A stretch of DNA of 37,685 bases. Origin: Patescibacteria group bacterium (GTDB taxonomy: Bacteria; Patescibacteriota; Minisyncoccia; 2-02-FULL-40-12; GWA2-44-9). Position numbers and translations under genes: made by a program. Location: contig JBBUGO010000029.1 of the NCBI GenBank assembly GCA_038056025.1, forward strand, positions 1-37,685, in the 5' to 3' direction. Shown here in pieces: positions 8,974 through 17,616 of this stretch. The notes beneath the pieces were generated by a model. It did no database searches, had not been told where the DNA came from, and worked only from the letters and a program-made list of their open reading frames with translations. Each line of letters opens with the position of its first letter. Position 1 is the stretch's first letter.

Positions 8974-11900
8974 TTACGCCAGCGAGGCGATCGGCTTTAC
9001 CGAATCGCAGAGGAACTTTGGCGTACCGTCGCGATCGTTAATGCGCCCTTGAAGGATGACCACTTTATTTTCCAGCCATGCATCAGGGTTTTGCTCCAAA
9101 AGGTTCGGGAATACCACCACTTCAATCTTTGAGCTCAAATCCTCAAGCCATGAAAAAACCATGGGCTTACCGCTCTTGGTGAGAATCTTTTGTGTTTTGG
9201 TGATAATGCCTGCGATTCTAACGGATTCGTGTCCATTAGCAGTTGCGTCTTTAATGGAGAGCACCCGCTCCAGCTTCAGGTGGGGTTGGAACTGACTTAA
9301 TGGATGCGCTGAAACGTAAAGGCCCAGTAATTCCTTTTCCCACGCGAGCATATCGGCCCGTGCCGCTGGTTCAGCCGAGACCAAACGGAGTGCGGGGAGT
9401 GTGACAGCTTCGTCCCCGAATAAGCTGGTTTGACCAATTGACGATTGTTTCTGTCGTTCCCGTGCGTAGGCGAGTAAGGTGTCAAGATTTGCCAGGAGGG
9501 CATTGCGCTCGCCGAATGTTTCCATGGCACCGCACTTTACGAGTGATTCAAGCGATTTTTTGTTCAAATCCTTGTTCGCAACGCGGGTGACGAAATCCTC
9601 GATGTGTTTAAATGCTCCGCCGGATGTTCGTTCCTGGATAATGGCACTTACTACATTCGCCCCCACATTTTTTACCGCAGTTAATCCAAAGCGTATTGAC
9701 GGAGTCTCTGCCGGAACCACGGTAAACTGCTCAAAACTCTCGTTGATTGACGGTGGCAGAACTGCAATACCCATCTGACGGCACTCTTCGATGAGGAACG
9801 CAACACGTTCAACATCACCGGTCTCGGAATTCATGAATGCGGCCATAAATTCTGCGGGGTAGTGTGCTTTCAGATATGCGGTTTGGTATCCGATGGTAGC
9901 ATAGCAGGCAGAATGGGCTTTATTAAAACCGTATCGGGCAAAAGGTTCAATCAATTCCCATACGCGTTTGGCAACCTGTGAAGATATTTTATTGTCGAGG
10001 CACCCGTTAATGAATTTATCTTTTTGTTCGTCGAGCAAGACCCTGATTTTTTTACCGACTGCCTTAATGAGCAGGTATCCTTCGCCTTTTGTTAAACCGG
10101 CAAGCTGGGTGGCCATATCCATGACTTGCTCCTGATACACGATGACCCCATACGTATTTTCGAGAGTTTTATCTATCACAGGGTGGATTGACTCAATCTT
10201 GCTCTTGCCGTGCTTCCGAGCGATAAATTGCGGGATCAGGTCCATGGGCCCTGGACGATACAATGCAACCATAGCAATGATATCTTCGATTCTGGTGGGA
10301 CGGAGTTCTTTGAGATACCGTTTCATGCCCGAGCTCTCTAGTTGAAATACGCCGGTTGTCTGCGCTTTTTGGAGAAGCTGGAATGTTTTTTCATCATCCA
10401 GGGGGATCGTATTAATATCGATCTTTATCCCATGATTCCGTTCGATCATTCTAATAGTATCTTCGATGATAGTGAGATTCGCGAGACCGAGAAAATCCAT
10501 TTTCAAGAGACCAAGGTCTTCAACGGCGTGCATCTCATATTGGGTGATGACATCTCCTTCATTTGTGCCTTGCTGGAGCGGTAGGTATTCAGTCAAGGGC
10601 TTTGGCGTGATGACCACGGCGCATGCATGGGTTGATGAATGGCGAGCGACGCCCTCAAGACGCGTGGCAGCATCTATTACTTTTTTTACATCAGTATTCT
10701 CGCGATATGCCTGCTTGAGTTCATCAACCGTTTCCAGGCAGTGTGCAAGATGCCCATTTTTCTCATTTTGGTTGGGATTAGAAGGGATCATTTTCGCAAT
10801 CCGGTCGCAGAAATCGTATGAATACCCCAATGCCCGGCCCGCATCGCGAATCCCGCCGCGAGCGGCCATGGTACCGAACGTGATTACCTGCGCCACATGA
10901 TCTTTGCCGTATTTGTTTGCCACGTAGCGAAGCACCTCATCTCGCCGTGTGTCCGGAAAGTCCAAGTCAATATCGGGCATAGAGATACGCTCCGGGTTCA
11001 AAAATCGCTCGAACAGAAGGTTATATTTCATCGGGTCAATATTGGTGATGTTGAGAACGTAGGATACGAGACTTCCCGCAGCTGATCCACGGCCGGGGCC
11101 AGCAACAATGCCATTGGCGCGAGCCCAGTTCACAAAATCCTGAACAATCAAAAAATAGGAGGCAAAGCCGGTTTCCCGGATAATGCCCAGTTCGTATTCA
11201 AACCGCTTGATGATCTCAGAATTTGGCTCGTTTCCGAAGCGTTCAGTGAGCCCGCGATAGGCGAGCTGTTTGAGATAGTCGAATGGCTCTCGATAGCCAG
11301 CGGGCAGGGGAAAAGGCGGCAGCTGTGCCTTACCAAGTTCAATCTCTACGTTGCAGCGTTCGGCAATGCGAGCGGTGTTTTCAAATGCTTCTTGTGCTAA
11401 GGCAGGGTCAATAGTTGCGAATTTTTGTTGGAGTTGCTCTGTCCCAAGCAGAGAAAAATCATCCTGATTCATGGAGAAACGGTCTTTGTCGTCGAGTTTG
11501 TTACCTGTTTGAACTGCTAGAAGAATATCGTGCGCATGCGCGTCGTCGCTGTGGATGTAGTGGGAGTCTTGGGTCGCCACCATAGGGATACCGGTTTCTT
11601 GCGCCAGGCGCACGAGTTGTGGCGTGACCTGATTCTGTTCCGGAATGTTGAGGTGTTGCTGAAGCTCGATGAAATAATTGTCCGGTCCGAACATGCTCTG
11701 ATATTCGAGAGCGACCTGCTTTGCTTTTTCAAAGTTACCTGCGGTGAGTGCGCGCGAGACCTCGCCAGCAAGACATCCCGACAATGCAATAAGCCCCTGG
11801 GTGTGATTGCGCAGGAATTCCTTGTCAATGCGTGGTTTGTAGTAGAAGCCCTCCAGGTGTGCGGCAGTGACAAGTTTAATGAGATTCTTGTAACCCGTGT

Positions 11901-12183
11901 TGTCAGCGGCCAGGAGTATGAGGTGAAAACGTTTGTCATCAATGCCGGGCCGCTTGTCGTGCATACTTCCGTCGGCAATATACATCTCGCAGCCAATAAT
12001 GGGCTTGATACCGGCCTTTTTTGCCTTCTGATAAAATTCAATCGCGCCGTAGAGTACGCCGTGGTCGGTCAGCGCAAGCGCATCCATGCCGTGTTCTTTT
12101 GCGCGGGCAATTAATTCGTCGATCTTTGACAGTCCATCCAGCAGAGAATAGTGAGAATGAGTGTGGAGGTGTACAAAACGCAT
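8974..12183 (-). CDS. dnaE: DNA polymerase III alpha subunit
   Basis: Starts MRFVHLHTHSHYSLLDG (ATG 12183); GPGRGSAAGS, MPDIDLDF, GLLKMDFLGL, YGFNKAHS; C-terminal OB fold. Confidence 0.98.
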   Translation of the reverse strand: MRFVHLHTHSHYSLLDGLSKIDELIARAKEHGMDALALTDHGVLYGAIEFYQKAKKAGIKPIIGCEMYIADGSMHDKRPGIDDKRFHLILLAADNTGYKNLIKLVTAAHLEGFYYKPRIDKEFLRNHTQGLIALSGCLAGEVSRALTAGNFEKAKQVALEYQSMFGPDNYFIELQQHLNIPEQNQVTPQLVRLAQETGIPMVATQDSHYIHSDDAHAHDILLAVQTGNKLDDKDRFSMNQDDFSLLGTEQLQQKFATIDPALAQEAFENTARIAERCNVEIELGKAQLPPFPLPAGYREPFDYLKQLAYRGLTERFGNEPNSEIIKRFEYELGIIRETGFASYFLIVQDFVNWARANGIVAGPGRGSAAGSLVSYVLNITNIDPMKYNLLFERFLNPERISMPDIDLDFPDTRRDEVLRYVANKYGKDHVAQVITFGTMAARGGIRDAGRALGYSYDFCDRIAKMIPSNPNQNEKNGHLAHCLETVDELKQAYRENTDVKKVIDAATRLEGVARHSSTHACAVVITPKPLTEYLPLQQGTNEGDVITQYEMHAVEDLGLLKMDFLGLANLTIIEDTIRMIERNHGIKIDINTIPLDDEKTFQLLQKAQTTGVFQLESSGMKRYLKELRPTRIEDIIAMVALYRPGPMDLIPQFIARKHGKSKIESIHPVIDKTLENTYGVIVYQEQVMDMATQLAGLTKGEGYLLIKAVGKKIRVLLDEQKDKFINGCLDNKISSQVAKRVWELIEPFARYGFNKAHSACYATIGYQTAYLKAHYPAEFMAAFMNSETGDVERVAFLIEECRQMGIAVLPPSINESFEQFTVVPAETPSIRFGLTAVKNVGANVVSAIIQERTSGGAFKHIEDFVTRVANKDLNKKSLESLVKCGAMETFGERNALLANLDTLLAYARERQKQSSIGQTSLFGDEAVTLPALRLVSAEPAARADMLAWEKELLGLYVSAHPLSQFQPHLKLERVLSIKDATANGHESVRIAGIITKTQKILTKSGKPMVFSWLEDLSSKIEVVVFPNLLEQNPDAWLENKVVILQGRINDRDGTPKFLCDSVKPIASLA

Positions 12184-12337
12184 AGAGATCATCGTCCGCC
12201 ATGGGCGAACAGAGGTTCCGTGACAGTTGTATTCTAGCGTCATGTGATGGAGGGAGCAATTGTGGACAAGCCAACAGAGACTTGTAAAATCTCATTTTTT
12301 TGGTATAGTGTTTAGGTTTCTTGAAGAAACCTTATAC

Positions 12338-12562
12338 ATGGCAGTACCACGACACCATTTAGCAAAAGGCCGGCAAGGCAGACGACGCAGTCACTTAGCG
12401 CTCCGTGCTAAAAAACTGGCTGCGTGTTCTCAATGCAAAAAAATGATCCCGTCCCACACGGTATGTAAGTACTGCGGCTTCTATAAAGGCCGGCAGGTAC
12501 TGCCAGTCCTGGCGCGACAGTTGAAGAAACAGGAGAAGCGCCGGAAAGCAGGAGGCAAGTAA
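12338..12562 (+). CDS. rpmF: 50S ribosomal protein L32
   Basis: MAVPRHH, RRRSH, CSQC...[13 protein letters not shown]; ATG at 12338. Confidence 0.95.
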   Translation: MAVPRHHLAKGRQGRRRSHLALRAKKLAACSQCKKMIPSHTVCKYCGFYKGRQVLPVLARQLKKQEKRRKAGGK

Positions 12563-12573
12563 GTTCTTTTGTA

Positions 12574-13071
12574 ATGGCATCTCGACATCTTTCACGTTCA
12601 GTTGCGATGCAGTCCCTCTATGAATGGGATTTTAAAGGTCGGAATACCGCCCTCCTTGAGGAGATCACCAATCGCAACATTCAGGAATTTGCATCTGGCG
12701 TTGACGACACCAGTTTTATACGGGTGCTGATCAACGGCGTCATTGAGCACCAAAGCCAGCTCGATGCCATTATTGAAAAAGCCGCGCCACAATGGCCATT
12801 GGAGCAAATTGCGATTGTGGATCGCAATGTATTACGCCTCGGTCTGTACGAACTTTTGTTTGGTAACCGCGGCGAGGTGCCTCCCAAGGTGGCGATTAAC
12901 GAAGCGATAGAACTGGCGAAGTCATTTGGCGGCGAGTCATCGGGAAAATTCGTCAACGGCGTGCTCGGTACGGTCTACCGCGAGATCGGGGAGCCGGGTA
13001 AAAACGATGCGCCTCCAGCGCGCCAGAGCAAGGACGGGGAACCCGAGGTAAAAAGTAAAGAATTACGATAA
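12574..13071 (+). CDS. nusB: Transcription antitermination factor NusB
   Basis: [42 protein letters not shown]. Confidence 0.97.
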   Translation: MASRHLSRSVAMQSLYEWDFKGRNTALLEEITNRNIQEFASGVDDTSFIRVLINGVIEHQSQLDAIIEKAAPQWPLEQIAIVDRNVLRLGLYELLFGNRGEVPPKVAINEAIELAKSFGGESSGKFVNGVLGTVYREIGEPGKNDAPPARQSKDGEPEVKSKELR

Positions 13072-13107
13072 TATTCGCTCGCGAGCTTCTTGGCTGTTCG
13101 CTCGAGG

Positions 13108-13125
13108 CCTGCCTGCGCAGGCAGG
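13108..13125. repeat. Perfect 18-bp palindrome
   Basis: cctgcctgcgcaggcagg equals its own reverse complement. Confidence 0.8.
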
Positions 13126-13160
13126 TGAAAAACCCATAAGCTCGTACGCGAGAGCACCGC

Positions 13161-13856
13161 GTGAACACTGTATCTCATTCCGAATTGCAAGAGCGCATTG
13201 GGTATACATTTCGTAATGCGCAGTTTTTGGAGCAAGCGCTCACCCATCGTTCCTACCTCAATGAAAATCCCGAATGGCAAAGGGACCACAATGAGCGCCT
13301 TGAATTCCTCGGTGATGCGGTACTTGAGCTAATAGTCACCGAATATCTCTATATCACCCATCCCAACCCGGAAGGCGAACTTACCAACTGGCGTGCGGCA
13401 CTGGTCAACGCAAATATGTTGGCAGATATTTCCGGCGAATTCGGTTTGAACGACTACATTCTCCTCTCCAAAGGAGAATCTCGCGATACAGGCCGCGCGC
13501 GACAATATATTTTAGCCAACGCCATGGAAGCGGTCATCGGTGCAATTTATTTGGATGGCGGCTATGCACCAGCAAAAACGTTTATTGAACGCTTTGTACT
13601 GACAAAACTCCCAACAATCATTGAACATAAGCTCTATCGGGATGCCAAGAGCTTGTTTCAAGAACAAGCACAGGAACGCGTGGGCATTACTCCCACCTAT
13701 GAAGTGTTGGAAGAGTGGGGTCCTGACCATGCACGGCAATTTAAGGTGGGAGTGTTTCTAGGCAAGGAATTGGTGGCATCGGGAGAAGGTCCCTCTAAGC
13801 AGGATGCTCAACAATCTGCGGCCGAACGGGCGCTTACCGTGAAAAAATGGCAATAA
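13161..13856 (+). CDS. rnc: Ribonuclease III
   Basis: ALTHRSY, NERLEFLGDAVL signature, dsRBD with GPDHARQF. Confidence 0.98.
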   Translation: MNTVSHSELQERIGYTFRNAQFLEQALTHRSYLNENPEWQRDHNERLEFLGDAVLELIVTEYLYITHPNPEGELTNWRAALVNANMLADISGEFGLNDYILLSKGESRDTGRARQYILANAMEAVIGAIYLDGGYAPAKTFIERFVLTKLPTIIEHKLYRDAKSLFQEQAQERVGITPTYEVLEEWGPDHARQFKVGVFLGKELVASGEGPSKQDAQQSAAERALTVKKWQ

Positions 13857-13915
13857 CCTGCTCGGGCAGATAACCTTGCCATTCTCTTCTCCGTCTGATA
13901 GAATATACCACACTT

Positions 13916-14293
13916 ATGTTGATGATTCGGCTCCAGCGCATCGGCAAGAAAGGACAGGCCTATTTTCGGGTTGTTTTAAACGAACACACAAAGAAACCAA
14001 AAGGGGAATTCCAGGAGTTGCTCGGTACTTATAATCCCCACCAAAAACAATTTCAGGTAAATCGTGAACGGGTGGACTATTGGATGGGCAAAGGTGCGCA
14101 GATCTCGCCTACGGTCAATAATCTGATGGTCAACTATAAGATGTGGGATCGTCCCAAAATGGCGAGTTGGAAACCAAAAAAGCGACAAGCCACAAGCGAC
14201 AAGCCACAAGAACCGACCACAGAGAAACAAGAGATAGAAGCAACACCCGTAGAACCTCCAGCGTCTGCCCAAGAAGCAACGGCAATCGAATAG
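13916..14293 (+). CDS. rpsP: 30S ribosomal protein S16 with C-terminal extension
   Basis: MLMIRLQRIGKK, LGTYNP, GAQISPTV. Confidence 0.95.
   Translation: MLMIRLQRIGKKGQAYFRVVLNEHTKKPKGEFQELLGTYNPHQKQFQVNRERVDYWMGKGAQISPTVNNLMVNYKMWDRPKMASWKPKKRQATSDKPQEPTTEKQEIEATPVEPPASAQEATAIE
14181..14208 (+). repeat. Four heptamer tandem repeats inside rpsP
   Basis: agcgaca-agccaca-agcgaca-agccaca. Confidence 0.85.
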
Positions 14294-14321
14294 CTAAATC
14301 CGCCCCACTGGCGGGTTTTAG
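14294..14321 (+). terminator. Intrinsic terminator after rpsP
   Basis: ctaaatccgcc...ggcgggttttag hairpin. Confidence 0.65.
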
Positions 14322-14325
14322 TTTC

Positions 14326-14334
14326 TGCTATAAT
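14326..14334 (+). promoter_or_regulatory. Extended -10 promoter in leaderless geometry
   Basis: TGcTATAAT ends 7 nt before ATG 14342; no SD. Confidence 0.7.
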
Positions 14335-14341
14335 CAAAAGT

Positions 14342-14980
14342 ATGCGGATTATTTCTCTGCAGTCCGAAGCCGATTGGCCCATGGCAGTCCAAGAAGCAGT
14401 CCGTACGCTGGAATACAGCGGAACGGTGGTGTATCCGACCGATACGGTCTATGGGCTTGGTGCTAATGCGCTCAATCCAGTCGCGGTACGCAAGATTTTT
14501 AGAATTAAGGAGCGAAGTACAGAAAAAGCACTCCCGATTCTTGCACGCAATTTATTCTGGGCGAGCGAGCTTGCGCACATCGAAGGCAGGAATAAAGATA
14601 TTGCCAGAGCCGTCTGGCCTGGGCAGGTGACCCTTGTATTACCAAAGAAAGACATTGTGCCGGGCGATACCACTGGCGGTATGCATACGGTGGCCTTGCG
14701 TGTGTGCGAACACCCGTTCGTAAATGCACTGCTTGATGCGTTTGGGTACCCACTCACGGGGGCGTCTGCAAATGTTTCTGGCCACGAAGGACTCCGCGAT
14801 ATCAGTGCGGTACTCCAAGAATTCGAGCAGGCAAGCTATCAACCGGACTTAGTCATCGATGCTGGCGTGCTACCACCGTCGGGGCCTTCAACGGTGCTTG
14901 ATGTGAGCAATACAAGGCCAAAAATTCTTCGTGTAGGCGCGACGCGGCCGGAAGAACTCATGAAAATTTTAGAACTGTAA
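14342..14980 (+). CDS. tsaC: L-threonylcarbamoyladenylate synthase (YrdC/Sua5 family)
   Basis: VYPTDTVYGLG, IKER...KAL, WPGQVTLV, SANVSG, PSTVLD. Confidence 0.93.
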   Translation: MRIISLQSEADWPMAVQEAVRTLEYSGTVVYPTDTVYGLGANALNPVAVRKIFRIKERSTEKALPILARNLFWASELAHIEGRNKDIARAVWPGQVTLVLPKKDIVPGDTTGGMHTVALRVCEHPFVNALLDAFGYPLTGASANVSGHEGLRDISAVLQEFEQASYQPDLVIDAGVLPPSGPSTVLDVSNTRPKILRVGATRPEELMKILEL

Positions 14981-15044
14981 CATAGTGCCTAAGATGAGAC
15001 TCTTGCTATAGTGTCGGTCGCCCTCTTCGTTTTTGCAAAATAGA

Positions 15045-15076
15045 AGGCGCAGGTAACCATACTGGTTCCTGCGCCT
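15045..15076 (-). terminator. Terminator after the Cys-rich gene
   Basis: aggcgcagg/cctgcgcct stem immediately after the stop, then tctatttt on the minus strand. Confidence 0.7.
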
Positions 15077-15511
15077 CTACGCGTTTCGGGAAGCTTGTGA
15101 CTCGGGGGTGCGAAACCATGCGTCATAGCAAGTTTTGCAAACGGGCTTCTTGTTCAGACGCATCGCAACGGGTTTATCCTGTCCGCACATCCCGCACATC
15201 TCTGCGGGCCGGATATAGGTTTTCTGGTAACAGTTCTTGCAGATGACTTCGCCACTCGGCTTGCGAAGGGTTATGTGCTTCAGGAACCCGCAGTTGTCGC
15301 ATCGCTGGAAATTGCACTCGCGGCCATAACAGCTATCGCATATTAACTCGCCATTCGGGAGGCGAACCGATATGGGACGGTCCTGGTTACACGAGACGCA
15401 GATGCCAGTGTTTGTGAGGCGATAGCACGCCTGGCATATACGTCGCTTGAGCTTTCGATTCATCCGAACGGGTTTCTTTCTCTCGCAGAGACGACATTTA
15501 CCAAGGATCAC
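15077..15511 (-). CDS. Cys-rich protein with four CxxC...CxxCY repeats (putative Zn fingers), 144 aa
   Basis: GTG 15511 preceded by SD GGGAGG; the listed start at 15559 lies inside the tRNA; four regular Cys4 repeats. Confidence 0.8.
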   Translation of the reverse strand: MILGKCRLCERKKPVRMNRKLKRRICQACYRLTNTGICVSCNQDRPISVRLPNGELICDSCYGRECNFQRCDNCGFLKHITLRKPSGEVICKNCYQKTYIRPAEMCGMCGQDKPVAMRLNKKPVCKTCYDAWFRTPESQASRNA

Positions 15512-15534
15512 GATTTCCTCCCAAGGAACAAAAG

Positions 15535-15617
15535 TGCCCGAGGTGGGACTTGAACCCACACGGCCGTGAGGCCATACGATTTTGAGTCGTACATGTATTC
15601 CATTCCATCACTCGGGC
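15535..15617 (-). tRNA. tRNA-Leu(CAA)
   Basis: GCCCGAG acceptor stem, anticodon arm TACGA-CTCAAAA-TCGTA, long variable arm, GGTTCAAGTCC T-loop; CCA not encoded. Confidence 0.95.
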
Positions 15618-15698
15618 TTTGAGTGCTTATTCTATCATTTTTTGTTGATTTTTTCAACTTTCTTTTTCTATCTACGATGATATGATGAAGAATATTCT

Positions 15699-16460
15699 AT
15701 GGCCAGAGTCATAGCCGTCTGCAACCAAAAAGGGGGCGTTGGGAAAACCACTACCGCGGTCAATCTGGGGGCGTATTTAACTGCATTGGGCAAGTACGTA
15801 CTACTCGTTGATTTGGATTCTCAAGCCAATGCCAGCGTGGGCGTAGGGGTGCGTCTGGCGGCCGAGAGTGACAATATCTATCACTCGCTTATCAACGACC
15901 AAAATCCGGTATCACTGCTCCACAAAACATCGCTGTTCGGTTTTGACATATTGCCTGCCGCGCAGAGTTTGGCGGGGGCTACGGTAGAATTGGTATCCAT
16001 GCACGAACGCGAGATGCGACTGAAGAAAGTACTCAATAGTCTGCGGACGAATTACGATTATATCATCATTGACTGCCCGCCGTCGCTGGGCTTATTGACG
16101 ATTAACGCTCTGGCGGCCGCAGAGCGGGTGATCATTCCCGTACAGTGCGAATATTACGCCCTGGAAGGGCTGGGACAGCTCCTGCATACCGTGGAATTGG
16201 TGCGCGGCGGGCTGAATCCCGATTTGCAGGTCCTCGGCGTTGTGCTTACAATGTATGATAAGCGCAACCAGTTGGCGCAGCACGTGCTCAACGAAGTGGT
16301 AAAGCATTTTCCGGGACGTGTGTTTGACGCCGTGATCCCACGCACCATTTCGCTGGCAGAGGCGCCCAGTTTCGGGAAAACAATCCTGCAGTTCGATCCC
16401 AATTCGAAAGCAGCACACGCGTACCGACGACTTGCCGAGGAAATTATTAAAATGGCATGA
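15699..16460 (+). CDS. parA: Chromosome partitioning ATPase ParA/Soj
   Basis: NQKGGVGKTTT, DLDSQANAS, IIDCPPSLG, PVQCEYYALEG, LAEAPSFG. Confidence 0.97.
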   Translation: MARVIAVCNQKGGVGKTTTAVNLGAYLTALGKYVLLVDLDSQANASVGVGVRLAAESDNIYHSLINDQNPVSLLHKTSLFGFDILPAAQSLAGATVELVSMHEREMRLKKVLNSLRTNYDYIIIDCPPSLGLLTINALAAAERVIIPVQCEYYALEGLGQLLHTVELVRGGLNPDLQVLGVVLTMYDKRNQLAQHVLNEVVKHFPGRVFDAVIPRTISLAEAPSFGKTILQFDPNSKAAHAYRRLAEEIIKMA

Positions 16461-17332
16461 CGAAAAAACTATTTGGACTTGGCAAAGGACTCGGATCGCT
16501 TATTCCTGCGTCGGTTACTTCCAATGCGGTCAATGATAAAGAGAATATCTTCTATGTTGAGGTGGGAAAAATCCGCTCCAACCCTGATCAGCCGAGAAAA
16601 GATTTTGATAAAGATACTCTTGCGGAGCTTGCAACGTCAATCCGGAAGTATGGCATTCTCCAACCGTTGCTCGTGGCAAAAATGGAGGATCGGACACCGC
16701 GAGGCATGGACGTGTTCTACCAGCTCATTGCGGGGGAGCGACGGCTGCGCGCTGCCCAACTCGCTGGATTGCCTCATGTGCCGGTTATCATTCGCGACGA
16801 CATTGACGACGGGAAATCCCAGCGTTTGGAAATGGCGCTCATCGAAAATCTTCAGCGGGAAGACCTCAATGCGCTGGAAGAGGCGCAGGCATATGATCGC
16901 CTGCAAGGCGAGTTCGGTCTCACCCAGAAAGATATTGCGATAAAAGTTGCCAAATCGCGTGAAGCGGTTGCGAACTCATTGCGACTTCTGAAATTGCCCA
17001 ATTATATCCGCGATGCCCTACGAGATGGACGCATCACAGCTTCCCATGCCCGCGCGTTGCTTGCGTTTGACAATCAAGCAAAACAAAAGGAGGTCTACGA
17101 GCAAATTCTCAAAGGCGGATTTTCGTCAAAAGATACTGAGCGCACCGCTTCGCGTGCCAAACCAACGGGTGCAGGCAAACCAGATCGTCGGTTTGAGGAA
17201 CTGGAACAGAATCTTACCGGCAAACTCAAGGTGCCTGTGCTGATCAGAGCGGGCGGAACGGGCGGCACGATTGCCATCAAATTTGCCAACCTCGAAGAGC
17301 TCAATACGGTAGCGAAAAACATTATTGATTAA
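16457..17332 (+). CDS. parB: Chromosome partitioning protein ParB/Spo0J
   Basis: GLGKGLGSLI, NPDQPRK, IAGERRLRAA, ENLQREDLN, HTH. Confidence 0.97.
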   Translation: MTKKLFGLGKGLGSLIPASVTSNAVNDKENIFYVEVGKIRSNPDQPRKDFDKDTLAELATSIRKYGILQPLLVAKMEDRTPRGMDVFYQLIAGERRLRAAQLAGLPHVPVIIRDDIDDGKSQRLEMALIENLQREDLNALEEAQAYDRLQGEFGLTQKDIAIKVAKSREAVANSLRLLKLPNYIRDALRDGRITASHARALLAFDNQAKQKEVYEQILKGGFSSKDTERTASRAKPTGAGKPDRRFEELEQNLTGKLKVPVLIRAGGTGGTIAIKFANLEELNTVAKNIID

Positions 17333-17360
17333 AAGACAGGGGTGGGCAGTGCCCACCCCT
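17331..17360 (-). terminator. Intrinsic terminator
   Basis: aggggtgggca/tgcccacccct inverted repeat, then gtctttt on the minus strand. Confidence 0.75.
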
Positions 17361-17412
17361 CGCACAACTAACCGTCTGGTCCGCCGCCCTCGCGGTAGCA
17401 CATCACAGATCT

Positions 17413-17616
17413 TTACCTCCTCCCTGCGCCTTTCCTGGAACTCTTTATCCTCTTGGGAACTTCTGTGGTGCTCTGGAGAATGCTCTCTTGCTGTTTGTAC
17501 AACCTCCTTCTGATTTCTTCTACCGTGAAGCGTGTTCGAACGGTGGGAGGCAGAAGAAAAGATGGTATCGGAGATCCTCGTGCCGTTATCACTTCACCTT
17601 CAAAGAACTTCTTCAT
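17413..17616 (-). CDS. Hypothetical basic protein, 67 aa
   Basis: SD-like GGAGAGGAG before ATG 17616, overlapping the topA 3' end; fills the topA-parB gap. Confidence 0.45.
   Translation of the reverse strand: MKKFFEGEVITARGSPIPSFLLPPTVRTRFTVEEIRRRLYKQQESILQSTTEVPKRIKSSRKGAGRR

Noticed and set aside
8974-12183. Intein or intron in dnaE or gyrB
   Set aside because: Lengths are normal and the motifs are contiguous, with no splice-junction signatures.
12260-12269. DnaA-box-like tgtggacaa (also tgtggatag near 8586), with parAB and gyrB in the window
   Set aside because: Isolated one-mismatch boxes with no cluster and no dnaA, so no evidence for oriC.
14981-15534. Integrative element or prophage at tRNA-Leu
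   Set aside because: No integrase, and I could not find a duplicated tRNA 3' end (att site).
15512-15559. Listed N-terminal extension of the Cys-rich ORF
   Set aside because: It overlaps tRNA-Leu. GTG 15511 has a good SD.
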